NCBI GenBank assembly: GCA_964016885.1
Contig: OZ024742.1
Location: 76,694,001-76,758,000 of the forward strand
Reading direction: 5' to 3'
DNA length: 64,000 nt
Source: Eledone cirrhosa
Taxonomy: Eukaryota
Shown: positions 26,281-39,883 of the stretch, in pieces
How positions within the stretch are numbered: the stretch's first letter is position 1
Layout of the letters: each line of letters opens with the position of its first letter
Made by a program: the position numbers and the translations under genes
The notes under the pieces: model-generated
The model's input: only the letters and a program-made list of their open reading frames with translations
Databases searched by the model: none
Told to the model about the DNA's origin: nothing

Positions 26281-27211
26281 TATCTAGGAATGGTAATTTG
26301 ATCCTACTCATCTCTTTTGTGAATTGGAGAGATGGGTGTAGGTTATTCAGGAGGATATTGAACTCATCCAGAGTATCTAGAGATTCTGTCCAGATGATGA
26401 AACAGTCGTCAAGGTATCTCTTCCAAGATTTTTCAATGCACTTTCTAAAGTCAGTACTATATTTTTCCTCTATTTCTTGGTAGAGTTGTTGTTCTAAATA
26501 TCCCATTACAGAGTTCGCGTAAACGGGAGAAAACTTCGTTCCCATCGCTGTGCCTCTAATTTGGATGTAATTATTTCCATTGAAGTAGAAAGTGTTGTTT
26601 TCCAGAATAAGTTTAACTGCGTCTAATATAAATGGCGCTGTGAATCTGATGGGAATCACTTCTCTATGTTTTTCCACCCAATATTTAACCGCCTTTATTC
26701 CTAAATCATGTGTAATGTTGGTGTAAAGGCTTACCACATCAAAACTAAGTAGAAGTGAATTCGTTTCCGTGGTTTTGGGAAGATGGGACAGGAAGTCGAT
26801 ATCATCCCGGATGAAACTGGTTATGTGAATACATAGTGGATTCAAAATAACGTCAAAAAAATTGCTTAGACGGTGGGTGGGGCATGTTGGACCAGCTATA
26901 ATAGGTGTAATTTTTAAGTCTTTTGGGTGTAGTAATTTAATGTACTCACTGTTTTATTCTCTTACTGCCAGTTGTATTTCTTTTGACTTATGAACTTTTT
27001 ACTAGGCCAGAGAGGTTGCTGGGTTTTGGCTCAAAATTGGTGATGTAGTCTCTTTCCTTATCAGTAAGTGAGTGGTGGTATTTTGAAGCCAGTTTGTTGA
27101 TCTTCTTCATGATGTTGTGGTCTATATTTGACGGTATGTCATGATAGAATGTTGTGTCTTTCAGTTGTTCATCAACTAAAAAAGTTGGTCCTTCGAAAAC
27201 AGCATTTGTAA

Positions 27212-28116
27212 TTACAAATGCTGTTTTCGAAGGACCAAATCCTATACAAGAAAGAGGAACTGGTAACCGCATGCAAACACAGATTGCATAGGACTTATCT
27301 CGCCCTCAAACCTCATAAGGACCCGGGTGGGTAGACAAGGGCTGATACCCCGCTACTTGCCGAATAAGTTAGGGGAAACCCCAGTTTACTTAGGTAGATG
27401 TATCGCTTTTCTTTTCTTTTCCTCTTTGTCTTCTTCTTCCCCCTGTCTCATCCTATCACTTCCTTCCATCCCCTATTTTCTTCCTCGTCTGCTTTTCCCC
27501 TTCGCCTACCCCGATGCAGCCTACCGGGCCTCTGTGGCATCAGTCCTCCACCCCTGTAATCTTATGATAGAATTGGCCGAATACTTTTTACTAACTACTA
27601 ATAGCAGACGTGTTAAATCCCTTTAATTCTGTATCAGTTCTGGTACTACTCAATTTCTACAAGGTTTTTCTATTCTCAACTTATTAACCTGTAATTGTAA
27701 GATAGCATTGTGATTTTTTTAATTCATTTCTCACTATCTAATTTTATATATTTTTTTTATTTCTTTCTATTATCTTTTATTGTCTCCTACTCTCATTCGA
27801 TTTACCTATTCTTTAACTTCCCTCCTCCACTTCATACTCTGTCCTCAGAATCTGCTGTATACATATCACTTTCAACAAATTTTAACCAATCCTCTTGACA
27901 ACTACAATCTTCCCATATAAGGAAGTACCCCCTTGAAAAGTTCGGCTATTTATTCACCAGGCTAAAGATTCTAATTTAGTCGAGAAATAGCTGTCGAAAC
28001 GGCTTGAGCTCTGCCGTCGGGGTCATACTCTTTCCTATTTTCCACTCTACTACCCTAAGTATTGAGTACTCTGGTGCGTTATGGTCCATCTGGTTCCTTA
28101 CCACAATTTCTTTGTT
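27212..28116 (+). mobile_element. Naiad-type family D 3' fragment (ORF C-terminus, 3' UTR, variant HHR, terminus in (TA)n)
   Basis: ILYKKEELVTACKHR resembles the Naiad C-terminal motif; CTTGAAAA-G-TTCGGCTATTT..AAATAGCTGT-CGAAACGGC at 27932-28003; 54-bp perfect palindrome 27185-27238 at the 5' junction. Confidence 0.65.
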
Positions 28117-28146
28117 ATATATATATATATATATACATATATATAA

Positions 28147-28205
<59 letters not shown>

Positions 28206-28990
28206 AGAGAGTAAGAGAAAAAACAGTGGGAAATATGGAAGGGAGGGAGGGTGAGATGAGAAAGAGACAGAATGTAGAGGTGTTAAGTGTTTATGAGTAA
28301 AAGATTGGGAAATAGACAGTGCGTGTTCTGTAGAGTCTAATAGATTTTGATATATAATTCAAGACTGTTTTAGATGAGACATTGATGTAGATCAATAATT
28401 CTGTATCGTAATAATTAATTTATACTAATGTAAATCTACCTGTAAATGAATTATATCGAAACATATGTAACATCAATCGAATTTAGATTTTATTAGATTG
28501 TAGTATTCTGTTGAACAGTTTTCTGCATGAAACAGATTATAATATGATGTATACGTCAATTCTGATTTGATGTTGTCAAAATTCAGCTTCCCATTTAGTC
28601 CTATTAAGGCTTCTTCTTTCATTATGAAATTAGCATTTGTTTATATTTGTGATTAAATGCTTAGATTCACTTGTACGTTTCCTCAGTTTTACGAATTCAG
28701 ATTTCAGTTAGTGTTCATATTGTTAATTCTTAATTTTGGAATACTTTTACTGTTACACGTAAATGCGTAATTATACATGTTTAACATGTATATGTGAATG
28801 TGCTTTTGATTTTGTATTGTTTCCATATTTCTGAAATACCGTAACATACATTTCTTGCATATCTGCAGTAATATGTACAGCCCTGATTGTTTGAGCTGAC
28901 AAAACAGTTAAATATAAAGAGAATGACCCGTATGAAACGTGTATCTCGTTTCTCATCTATTCCATCTAAATATAATTTCAACGTATTATT

Positions 28991-29190
28991 GGCGGATTGG
29001 TAGTATCGATAGAGCGTCAGACACCATTCTTTGTAGCAGAGAGTTATAGCCCTTTACGTTCTGAGCTCAAATCTCGCCGAGGTTAACTTTGTCTTTCATC
29101 CTGACGCGGTCGATAAAATAATGTACTGGGATAATTACTGGCCCTTTGTTAAAAGTAGAAACAATTATTATTATTATTATTATTATTATT
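28991..29190 (+). mobile_element. SINE family 1 with (ATT)n tail
   Basis: Diverged full-length match to family 1. Confidence 0.85.
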
Positions 29191-30268
29191 ACATCACGCT
29201 ATGAAATTATTCTAGATTTCTGCGATATATCCTAAAATATTCCCACATAAATATCTATTCCTTGCAGACACCCGTCCTTATAAAATAAGAAAACATCTCT
29301 CATGAAACAATAACATTAATAATTTTCGAAATATAATATATTGACTAATTTTGTTGTAAATGTAATATATACGGATAAAACTATGTGTATGTCTTGAATA
29401 ACTTGGAATGTAGGTCTACACAATCAATTTATTAAGTTTCATCTCTTGTGTATACATAGTAATAACTCGGTGAAATATACATTTAAAAAGCCCGTTAACA
29501 ATTTAATGGACAGTCGTTTTGTTTCGTTTTTTAAATCATAACGTTCTAACATTTCTATTGAACTCTATACGAATGAATGTTCAAGATACTATATACCTTT
29601 ATTCAAGATTCATGAATTCGAATGTACATACTTCAAAATATCTCTCTCCATTTGCATAAATTTGCTGCATAAATTATTCTGCAAATTGATATTTAATTCA
29701 GCGTCTATGTTATTTTATATAGCAACGAATGTTCCTTTTACATGTATTGTGAGCCTGCGTATCACATTCTTATATGAACTCTATGATGCACTATTGTTCT
29801 AAATATACCAGTCCCATAAAGCAAACCGTTATATACGTAATACTTCATCATATATATAATATTTATTCTGATATACTGAAATATACGTTCACAGACTGTG
29901 ACAAGGAGACATTTAAAACTGCAAATCTGTAAAAAGATACGATGGTTTAAATGCCAGAATACGTTTAAAAATGGGAGATGTTGAAAATAATTAAGTGAAT
30001 ATATTGTTTATAATTTTATATAAAAATTATCTGTTACCTGTTAGATATAGAAAATATATTCGCATTACGTAAATTATTCAAATTACGATCTTAATGCAAA
30101 TATGACATGAGCATGAACATTTACTAATATATTTTTGTAAAATAAAAAACTTTAAATATTAAAAGAAAAACATGCATTGCAAAACGAGAAAACCTCGTGT
30201 AAGTATTACAAATAATATTGATGCGCACATGATAAAATACGTACAAACTAGTAAAGAGAAAACTAGAA

Positions 30269-30320
<52 letters not shown>

Positions 30321-30438
30321 AATAATTTATATCTAGTAACATGTATATACATACAGATGCATATCAATGCCAGCAGATATATAGGTTTTGTCTTAGTAAC
30401 ATTGTGGTTCAATGCATGGGGTTGCAGAACAATAATAT

Positions 30439-31088
30439 GAGAAACGTAAAATAAGAAAATTATAAAATTAACTTACTTACTAAAATATCACTTCCAACTA
30501 ATTAGTTTCTGGAATGGAGTAAATATATTTTCCGAAGAAGATATTGAAAAGCATTCCGTCGTCAGGGAAGTCTATTTTCATCCAAGTTACCAGGCAAAGC
30601 GAGGACACTGGAAACTTATTTAAAAATATTTCAGTGGATAGGAAATAGCAAAGCGTGGACTGAATTCCTAGCCATTGAGAAAATCACTGCCTCTACGTCT
30701 GTGGCAAATTCAAAAAGAATCAATCACGTGACATCGAGGTCAATCAGTGGAAAGTAGTTTGCTAATAAGACGGCGGCCTACCTACTACCATAGCAGCAGT
30801 CATGGCCAATATTGCTCGACAAATTTGCCACAGACGTAGAGGCAGTGATTTTCTCAATGGCTAGGAATTCAGTCCACGCTTTGCTATTTCCTATCCACTG
30901 ATTATTTTTTAATAAGTTTCCAGTGTCCTCGCTTTGCCTGGTAACTTGGATCAAAATAGACTTCCCTGACGACGGAATGCTTTTCTATATCTTCTCCGGA
31001 AAATATATTTACTCCATTCCAGAAACTAATTAGTTGGAAGTGATATTTTAGTAAGTAAGTTAATTTCATAATTTTCTTATTTTACGTT

Positions 31089-31092
<4 letters not shown>
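30439..31092. mobile_element. MITE / non-autonomous DNA transposon with about 270-bp TIRs, GAG...CTC ends and ATAT flanks (Sola-like termini, tentative)
   Basis: 30439-30710 is the near-identical reverse complement of 30822-31092; about 110-bp spacer; ATAT at 30435-30438 and 31093-31096. Confidence 0.85.
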
Positions 31093-31187
<95 letters not shown>

Positions 31188-32054
31188 CATATATATAAAT
31201 TAGATAGAGAGATAGATACATAGATGGAGAAATATAGATAGGGGGATGGAGGAGAAAAAGAATTAAATGATATAATTTCAATAGTACATAAAATCTATTT
31301 CGAAGAAAAGAAGCCAGCTACGAAACCACATTTGTTAGACTATTCTGTCAAAATATCATGAAGCAATAATTTATTACGGATGAGTTTATAATACATTACC
31401 CATGTCAAACTTGACATAAAATTATTTTATCAAAGAACACGTTGATGGAGCAGTGGTAACATGTTTGGGAAATAAATACTTCATAAGTTCTAAAATTCGT
31501 TTAAATATCAATAAAAACATTTGAGAAGACAAACTACTATCGATTGATTCTAAGAATCATTTCATGAATTTTTTCACAAAATAAACTGTAGAAATGATAT
31601 GGCAATATGCATTGATGTGCTGTCATGTGTTATTATACATATGCTATTAAACACAGGTAACACAAATAATACTACGTATCACAAGCTGTAAATAACTGTT
31701 GAACAAGACATTTCAGATTTACATATACAGGTTATTGATTTGAAAATACGCTTGATAGACAAAACAGCTAAAACGAGATTCAAACCTTTTATGTATTTAG
31801 TTACAGCGTACTATGAATTAAAAGAATATATAATAAAGTCGAGTTAATCGCGGCTTGTTTTAAATTCAGAATGTACCAAATTACTTCGCACGGGGGATTT
31901 TCCGACATTTTACGGTTTCAATTACTTTGTAGCTCTTGCAAAATGTACCATATTTTAAGTACCTATATGACTGGATAAAAGAACTGCAGAAATGATAACG
32001 CATATGTTTAGAGTGATTGAAGAATGTAAGAATACTCGATGATATCGATATATC

Positions 32055-32880
32055 ATTCTTGTTGATAAACCTAAGTGAACCCCTTTTCTACAGAGTAATT
32101 TTGTTGCGCAGATAAACATAAGGATTTGAAAATATGTGACGTAGACAGAAATATCTCTGGGATAGATTCTCTGCAAATTATGTTAATATGCTAACCGCTA
32201 TCCCATGCTTTGACGCATAGAGTTACGGTCCTTTCCATTCTGAGTTCAAATCCCGCTGAGGTCAACTTTGCCTTTCACCCTTACATGGTCGATATAATAA
32301 AGTACCAGTAATGTACTGGGTATTTGCTGGCCTTGTGCCAAAAGTAGAAACAATTATTACTTGCAGTGTACTGAAGTACACAATACGTATGAGACTTACA
32401 TGATAATCCAGAGAGAGAGATAGTCATAACTTCCTTCCTCACTGACGAAGGGATATAATTGATGCTGTAACTCACCACAAAATATCATTCCATTCATTCA
32501 CATGAAATTCCCTCTCAACATTAATCAAATTATTGTTTCATAATTATTACATTTACGTAGCAAGCATGGTATTATAGATTATTGTAGTGAGTGTCATAAT
32601 GTTATGTGCTAGAACAATTTCACATTGAATATATCCCTTTGTAAAATCCCTTTGAAATCCCTTTATAAAATGCATGAGTTATAGTTCCATACGAAACGCG
32701 TAGTTGTATACATACTGCGTGCTTCCCTATACTGAATGCTATAATATTACAATGATAGCGGTTAGCATGTTGACATAATTTACAGGGAATATATCTACAG
32801 ATAGTTAGGGCTACGTTACATATTTTCCAATCAGTATGTTACTCTATAGAAATGGAAATCAGTTAAGTTTGAGGACAAGA
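32055..32880. repeat. Diverged inverted repeat (arms about 32055-32202 and 32754-32880), possibly an old MITE
   Basis: aaattatgttaatatgctaaccgctatc versus gatagcggttagcatgttgacataattt, with flanking partial matches. Confidence 0.6.
32204..32358 (+). mobile_element. SINE family 1, 5'-truncated
   Basis: ctgagttcaaatcccgc...gctggccttgtgccaaaagtagaaacaattat. Confidence 0.85.
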
Positions 32881-35012
32881 AATACTATAAATGAAAAGAG
32901 ATATTGCAGAAAAAAATAAAACAAACATATATAAGTCTTATTCTGACACTCGTGAGTTAATCTATATATCTGATTTTATTAAACCTACACATTTTCGAGT
33001 ACATATATTTTCTATTCTAGTTTACATCATCTTAGGCATGAAGTTGACCGTGTGTGATATTGCTCATCCGTCTGCCAAGAATAGGTTTATATTTTTAAGG
33101 GAAAAAATACCGAATTCAACTTTTTTATGCGGAAAACTGCATTTTTATAATCTTTGAGTAAAGAATTGAATACAAAACGAGAAATGATAAGCTAATGTAA
33201 ACTACAATAATGCTGATACGAAAACAATGGAATTTTGCATTTCGAATCGTCGACAAAAAGGCGAGAATAAAAAGACGAAGAAAAAAATACGATGCAAATC
33301 ATATTTAAATGTGATACATATTTTCTCTCCAAACCACATTATCATGTTTCTCATAAAGCTTTACTCTGCTCGCCTTATCGATTCAAACTTCTTTCTAGAC
33401 AGATTTATAGCCCATGGTTCGATAATAAGTCAGACAACTGCTTCATAAAACATTTTTGTTATGTTGTAGCAACGAAAATACATTCTATGAATTATATGAT
33501 AAAATATGATATGCGTAGCGTTCCACTGGTATGTGTTTTATATTTCCATATTGGCTGTTATATATCTGCAGTTTTATAACCCTTTGCAAACCTAAAATAT
33601 AAGCAATTGCAACAAAGCTATAGATGTTGAGTTTAAAACATATAACAACAGCTATATCAGGTTAAACACAGGTCGATTTATGTTTCACCAGGATAGTCAT
33701 AACCGTAAATAATAAAGATCTCAGTTGGCTGTATTATACATTGAAGGCAAGAGTTAGTAAAAATATGTGGAGAGAAAAAGAGTCACATGCACAAATCTGT
33801 TTCGATATAGAATTATCAGTGCGGTTATATTTTTATTGTATTTTCTATTTTGAAATTTATTGATCATTCAAAATATAAATTGAATCTCCTTTCTGAGAAG
33901 AAAACGAAATGTAACAAAATAAACCTTTGGGAGAAATATTTAATCTCATTTGGCAAAACGTTAAGAAGTTAGTTGAAGCTTTAAAGCAAACGTCGCTGGT
34001 TTTATATTTGTAGACGGCTAGCTCTTAGTACGGCAAATTTCTCTGTATCTCTTGCCGACATTCTAAGACAAAATAATCCAAATTTTTCACATACGGAAGG
34101 CATTTAAATTAGATAATGTCTGTATTCAAATGCACATCTATGAAGGTCTATGTTGAAAGATAAATAAAATATCACATTTGAAATATTATCTGTTTATTGT
34201 GTTTTATGGTTGGACGCACGGGTGCAGGAATTGCAAATAGAGAGAAACAAATCCTAAACTATTCTTTACATAATTTAGTAGCATATCGATACAATTAACG
34301 TTGTTTGTAGTGAACACATCTTTACCAGACAGGAAGTATTAGTGGAGATAAATGTCAAAACGTAAGAGGAAAAAATAAGAATATGAAATAATAACACATT
34401 TGCATTATTTTTCAAAACTTAGATTTCAAGAGTTTTGAGAAAGTCACTACCGCCCTCTTTCATATTTTTACACAAACTCTCTATATATATATACCCATAT
34501 AATTTGTCATGTCTAATATTAAAAAAAAACGTACATTTAACGAAACTACATAGATTCATTCAGATCATAGATCACTGTTTCTGAAACTGATATATAGAAA
34601 AATCGTATACATTTCCCATAATAAAAAAAGGTTTTACATGGAGATTCAATTTATATATTGATATATCATACGATTATATTTATTGATGGAACGATATATT
34701 TAGAAAAATATAACAATATCATCTTGACATAAATATATTCTTATTTTCAAGAATTACAATTACAAAAGCAATAATTGAAAGCAGTTTGTGCAATAAAGAT
34801 TGTATTCTTTAGATTGATGAGCTCAGCTACTCGTGAAAAACTATCTTGGACAGTAAACGGACCATTTAAATCAAAATAGCATAAGTATATTGCAAGAAAT
34901 GGCAATGGACGTTTTCCTTAAATTTATCGAAACGTTAAAATGAGTATATCAATCATGAAAGAGATCCACGCACTCGTGGTTCAATATTAAGCGGTTATTA
35001 TTAAGAATCTGA

Positions 35013-35206
35013 GGTGGTGGATTGGTAGTATCGGAACTGAGTCGGACGCCATGATTTGATGCATAGAGATACGGCCCTTGCCATTCTGAGTTCAAATCCC
35101 GCCGAGGTTAAATTTGTCTTTCATCCTTACGGGGTCGATAAAATAAAGTACCAGTAATGCACTGGGATAATTGCTGGCCTTGTGCCAAAAGCAGAAACAA
35201 TTATTA
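35013..35206 (+). mobile_element. SINE family 1, full length, probable TSD ending AATCTGA
   Basis: Family match; aatctga at 35006-35012 and 35209-35215. Confidence 0.88.
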
Positions 35207-35574
35207 GTAATCTGATTAATTCTTCACAATATTTTCATCACTTGATGGCAGGCATACATAGACACATCACATACACACAGACACACGTATATATACAGGG
35301 TGGGCCAGAATCCCTAACTCATTTGATTATTTATATATCGATTAACACAAAATGTGCCGGGGGCCCATTAGTTGCTTCTATTACTCCGCAGACTTCAGTG
35401 ATGTTGTCTGTTTTAGCAAATAATCTCACATGTTGAACGCGTTTTTTCAAGCCTAGCAAAGGATGTGCTATGTTTAATCAAATTAAAAAAACAAAACCTA
35501 TCAGGCATATTAAGAAATATAACTAACAAGCGAGTCATGAATACTGTTTTCCATTTATATATATATATATATAT

Positions 35575-36100
35575 AAAAATGGAAAACAGTGAAACGAAAT
35601 TTCATTTCTCACTCTTAGTACGGCTGATAATTAAATATAAGTATTACACGTACATACATATATGTATACAGACGTACAGTAGTATGTATATATATATACA
35701 TACATGCACACACATATACATATACGTATGGGTTTACCGAACATTTATAATAATGTTCGGTTTGTTTGTAAACAAACAGCCCGTATTACGCCGTACAGTG
35801 TTCGGCAACCATCGTTGCCATTTTGTTCAACACTGACAAAGGAACGATGAACTATTTTCAAGCTTATTAGCTATCGTCAGCATCGTATACCTTTTTGTCA
35901 GATGATTGATCGTTTGAAAGTATATACTTTCCTTGTGCATATTAACAGCTGAGCAGCCTGATTTGCATATCGAGTGAGTTAGTCGGCCGGGCGCCCGAAA
36001 ACGATAAATGGAAAATAATGAAACGAAATATCATTTCTCACTCTTAGTACGGCTGATATGTATACAGACGTACAGTACTATGTATATATATACATACATG

Positions 36101-36105
<5 letters not shown>
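35575..36105 (-). mobile_element. Non-coding HHR element with terminal direct repeats (unit about 429 bp) between two (TA)n arrays
   Basis: 35576-35715 matches 36005-36105; HHR at 35845-35885. Confidence 0.75.
35845..35885 (-). ncRNA. Minimal type I hammerhead
   Basis: Minus strand CGATG-CTGACGA-T-AGCT aata AGCT-T-GAAA-ATAG-TT-CATCG. Confidence 0.8.
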
Positions 36106-36164
<59 letters not shown>

Positions 36165-36245
36165 AGGAACGATCGACTTTCGTCAAATCGGACCGGGGTA
36201 ACAATGTTTCCGTTGGTCTTTCCAATTGCTAATACAATCTATCGG

Positions 36246-36374
36246 TCGCAACTCCAGGTAGAAGGAGCAACGTGAAATAAAGTGTCTTGCTCAAGGACAT
36301 AACGCATCACCTGGTCCAGGAATCGAACTCACAACCTTACGATTGCGAATCCAATTCTCTAACCACTCAGCCAC
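36246..36374 (-). mobile_element. tRNA-derived SINE (family 2)
   Basis: Minus strand GTGGCTGAGTGGTTAG (A box), GAGTTCGATTCC (B box), then tgtccttgagcaagacacttt. Confidence 0.8.
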
Positions 36375-36688
36375 ACATATATGAATAAAGTTAGTCCTTC
36401 ATCAGTGATCTTCCAACCATCATTGGTATTTCATCGCTTTAAAGACCATATACCTCCGGTTGGTGCGAGCAACGGCTAAAAAAAGTCGTTGGGACACGTA
36501 AATAAAGCGGACACGAGTGTAAACAAACAAAAATGGTGAAGCAACGAAAAGTGATGAAGAAGGAGTCAAGTCCCAAATTTCTATGAATTTAAATTCGGTG
36601 AAATCGTGAACGAGAGAGAATAAAGACCATCAAACCTGGTTGGAATGTGAGCAAGGAAGGAATTCCGTACATGTCTAACGGGAGGAGA

Positions 36689-36801
36689 AATGGCTTCTAC
36701 AGGACTAGAAGTGTTTCATTCGAAGGAAAAGATCCGGAAATGACCAGAGCTCCCTGATGATTTCCTTCGAATGAAACTTTTCTAGTCCTGTAGAAGCCAT
36801 T
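36689..36801. repeat. Short hairpin element with about 40-bp arms
   Basis: aatggcttctacaggactagaa..tttcattcgaaggaaa versus tttccttcgaatgaaa..ttctagtcctgtagaagccatt; a related arm near 24116-24170. Confidence 0.75.
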
Positions 36802-36973
36802 ACTATATAAGTGACCATGAGAAAATCCTTCGTGAAATGCGAGTAACAGCTCGATACGTAATAAAGTTTAATACATGGAAACGAAACTTCACCATTATTC
36901 TCAATATAAACACTGCCTCTCCATCAATTCCTCGTTTTGGTACCACCAACTCTAATTCACTGATTCGTATTCA

Positions 36974-37109
<136 letters not shown>

Positions 37110-37205
37110 GTGGAACACAGGAAGGTAATATCCGTAGTGGTAGAGCACTCAGTCCAAGGGACGAGTTACTTAGAAGTGGATACACAACAGTTAGTTCACC
37201 ATATC

Positions 37206-37241
37206 GAGAACAATTGTTTCACCTCCGCGGGTCTTCAGCTC
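37206..37241 (-). ncRNA. Minimal type I hammerhead, 3' pLTR of family G
   Basis: GAG-CTGAAGA-CCCGCGGAGGT-GAAA-CAATTG-TT-CTC. Confidence 0.75.
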
Positions 37242-37417
37242 TGGATGTGTATGGTTATAGGGACAGGAAGGGCAACCGTACGAACGCACATGCGCAGAAA
37301 CTCCGTCACTTCACACAGGCAATACTAGACTGAGTGCGGGAGGTGTAAGAGAGATAACTGCGAAAGTCCGGAAAGTTTTTAGGTTGAAAATAAAATTTAA
37401 AATAAATTACAATGAAG

Positions 37418-39477
37418 CAGTCCGGAGCCTTGTAGTTATGCAATAGATGTTTGGTGACGTTCACTTCTCGTGTTTAGGCAATCACTATTGCGTAATCTCT
37501 TTAGGATAGTTATTCGTTCGTCGATACATAAGCCACACGTCGGATTTCCCCTTGCGTATGGCTTGGACTTAGTGATGGCTTTCCATTGAATGGAGTAGCC
37601 TATACTTGAGTCCTTGAGGTACCATACGTGGCTCGCGAGTTTCGTGGATGAACGTCTGTCGGGGTATCTGAAGGTAGATGGTGGTTCAGGAAACGCTCCT
37701 TGAATCGGCCCTCCGCCATGCCCACATAGGATTTGACCTCCTGTGGTTCGTTTGGTCGGTTGGAAGTGACCACAGCTTCATAGATTTCAGCTGGTGTGTT
37801 GCATTGCTGTTGAAGGGGGCAATCTTCAGGCTTACAAGAGCAGCCTGGTGGGGTGTTGCTCCTAGGGCTGCTGGTGATGTGGGTCTTCATGTTCTTAGCG
37901 CAGGAGTATCCTAGTTTAACTTTGTGTCGGTTAAAGATGGAGCGGTATTTATGACCTATGGGGAAGTGTCTATCTAAGAGGTCTAGACATTTTTTTCCTC
38001 CATTGGTTTTAACGTTGAGTGAGAAGGGAGGAAAGAACCAGATAGTTTGTCTATTGATGCGCTTACTTTTCTTATTGGTGTTGTTGCTAGTGGGAGAGTA
38101 AGTGATAGGTGTCAGAAGCCGCTGTTAGCCAACGGCGTGTTATTGTAGGGTGCCGCTCTGTCAAATATAGCCTTATTAGAGGAGATGTTTGAGATTCTAG
38201 TACTGATATTCTTAACGAAGTTTCTAAAAACAGTGGGAGGGTGGCATGAGTCCTTGGGAATGTAATTAAGTTTCTCGTTTAGCTTATAGAAGGGTCGGTG
38301 GGTGTGTGTGCGAAGGTCTAAATTAATGTCTAAGAAATCTACGCTAGAATGATTGGTGGCCACTGTTATCCTAGGGCCTAACTCATTGAAGGTAGAAGAA
38401 ACTAAGTCTTTTTTAAACCGTTCGAGGTCGTGACCACTTTTATGGCTCGATAAATTCAGTCCATCGTCACGGTATATTCCCGTGTGGAAGTCCGGGAATG
38501 TAACACATAATATGTCTAAGATAAATAGGCCAACCGAGTCACATACGTCAGCACTGTCAAACATTCCCATGGAAACGTCGAACAGGTCTGAAGATGTAGA
38601 CGTCTTTGCCCAGGCTACTCCGTCGTTGAAGAGGAGGGTTTTCCGACAGTGAGCAATGATTTCCCTGTCTAAACAATCGACGGTGGTATAAGTGGTAGCG
38701 AAGTCCAACGCTTTGTTTAATAGGGTCTCTGAGATCGACGGGTAAAAATCGACAATGTCAAACTGTGTGAACTTCGATTTTTGGGATTTTAAGGAGTTAA
38801 ACCACTTAATTACGGAGTCGCTGTTCTCCCACTGGGACAGGTTGGACTTCGTCTAATGGTCTTAACTATGTTTATAAGTATGGCCTTACTGACTAGTCCC
38901 TATCTGTGCGTGCCGGGTTTATTAGTCTCTATGTGGGGTTAGAATTAAGTCTACCTTGTGATCTTTCAGGGTGAGGAACGCCTCCCCCTTAGCTAGAGAT
39001 TGTAGCTTCTTGTCTACCTTAAGGTCGGTGGTGAGTTCTTTGGCTTCTGTATTAATGTCGTGGTAGGCCATAGGGTTAGCCTTCTTATATTTAGAAGTAA
39101 TAGCGTTTTGGGCCAGGTGGCGGAAAATGGTGTCGACTTCGTAAATATTATTAGTTTTGTCTGAAAGGACGAAGGTGTATTAGAAGACCTAAATTTATTA
39201 ATATCGTTTCTGAGCTTCGTTTGAAAGGTGTTAGTGTGTTTGCGAAAGGAAATATTAGCGACTAAGTCAAGAAGGTCCGTCTCGAAAGGAGCAAATTCGG
39301 TTACCTTACGAGGGTAGGCTCTCGATTTCAGGTTGAAGGTATTGTTGGTGCCTGTAATTTTGCCGTCGAAAGCTAGGGCTCGACATCTTCCGCTTTGTGT
39401 AGGAGGAGCTTTTGGTAAACGTGGTTGGAGGGAGTTGGAATTTTCTTCAGGGAGTAATTCAGTTCGTATAAATCCAT
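37418..39477 (-). pseudogene. Naiad-type RT + GIY-YIG, frameshifted
   Basis: MDLYELNYSLKKIPTPS, FTQFDIVDFYPSI, FDVSMGMFDSADVC, GIYRDDGL, CSCKPEDCPLQQQC, IYEAVV..SYVGMAEGRFKERFLNH, CGLC. Confidence 0.9.
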
Positions 39478-39730
39478 GCTGACGTTGATGAGACGCAAAA
39501 TTGTGTAGGACAGAAGGATATAATGAGCGCTCTCAGGGTAATAAGCCAAACTCCCACGTGGTGAAGAATCTGCTAAAAGCCAAACTTCTGCGGAGTTAGG
39601 AGAATCTGCTGACCGCTGCTGGAGACATAGATAGTGGTGGAACACTGGAAGGTAATATCCGTAGTGGTAGAGCACTCGGTGCAAGGGACGAGTTAGGTAG
39701 AAGTGGATACACAACAGTTAGTTCACCATA

Positions 39731-39770
39731 CCGAGAACAATTGTTTCACCTTCGCGGATCTTCAGCTCGG
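39731..39770 (-). ncRNA. Minimal type I hammerhead, 5' pLTR of family G
   Basis: CCGAG-CTGAAGA-T-CC gcgaa GG-T-GAAA-CAATTG-TT-CTCGG. Confidence 0.85.
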
Positions 39771-39883
39771 GATGTGTATGGTTATAGGAACAGGATGGAC
39801 AACCATACGAACGCGCAGGCGCAGAAACTCGGCCACTTCACACAGGAAATATTAGACTGCATGCGGGAGCCACGTATAGTCCG

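Larger units (their letters stand above)
24700..27184 (-). mobile_element. Neptune-type PLE (family E), 5'-truncated, frameshifted, with SINE inserted in RT
   Basis: SFDVVSLYTNI, QIRGTAMGTKFSPVYAN, WKRYLDD, LPFLDI, CNASRCGTC, NLIYCIKCPNCEELYVGQTG; HHR at 24821-24857. Confidence 0.9.

Noticed and set aside
36300-36374. tRNA gene (also the heads of family 1 SINEs)
   Set aside because: A and B boxes are present but are followed by a SINE body, and no clean cloverleaf is evident.
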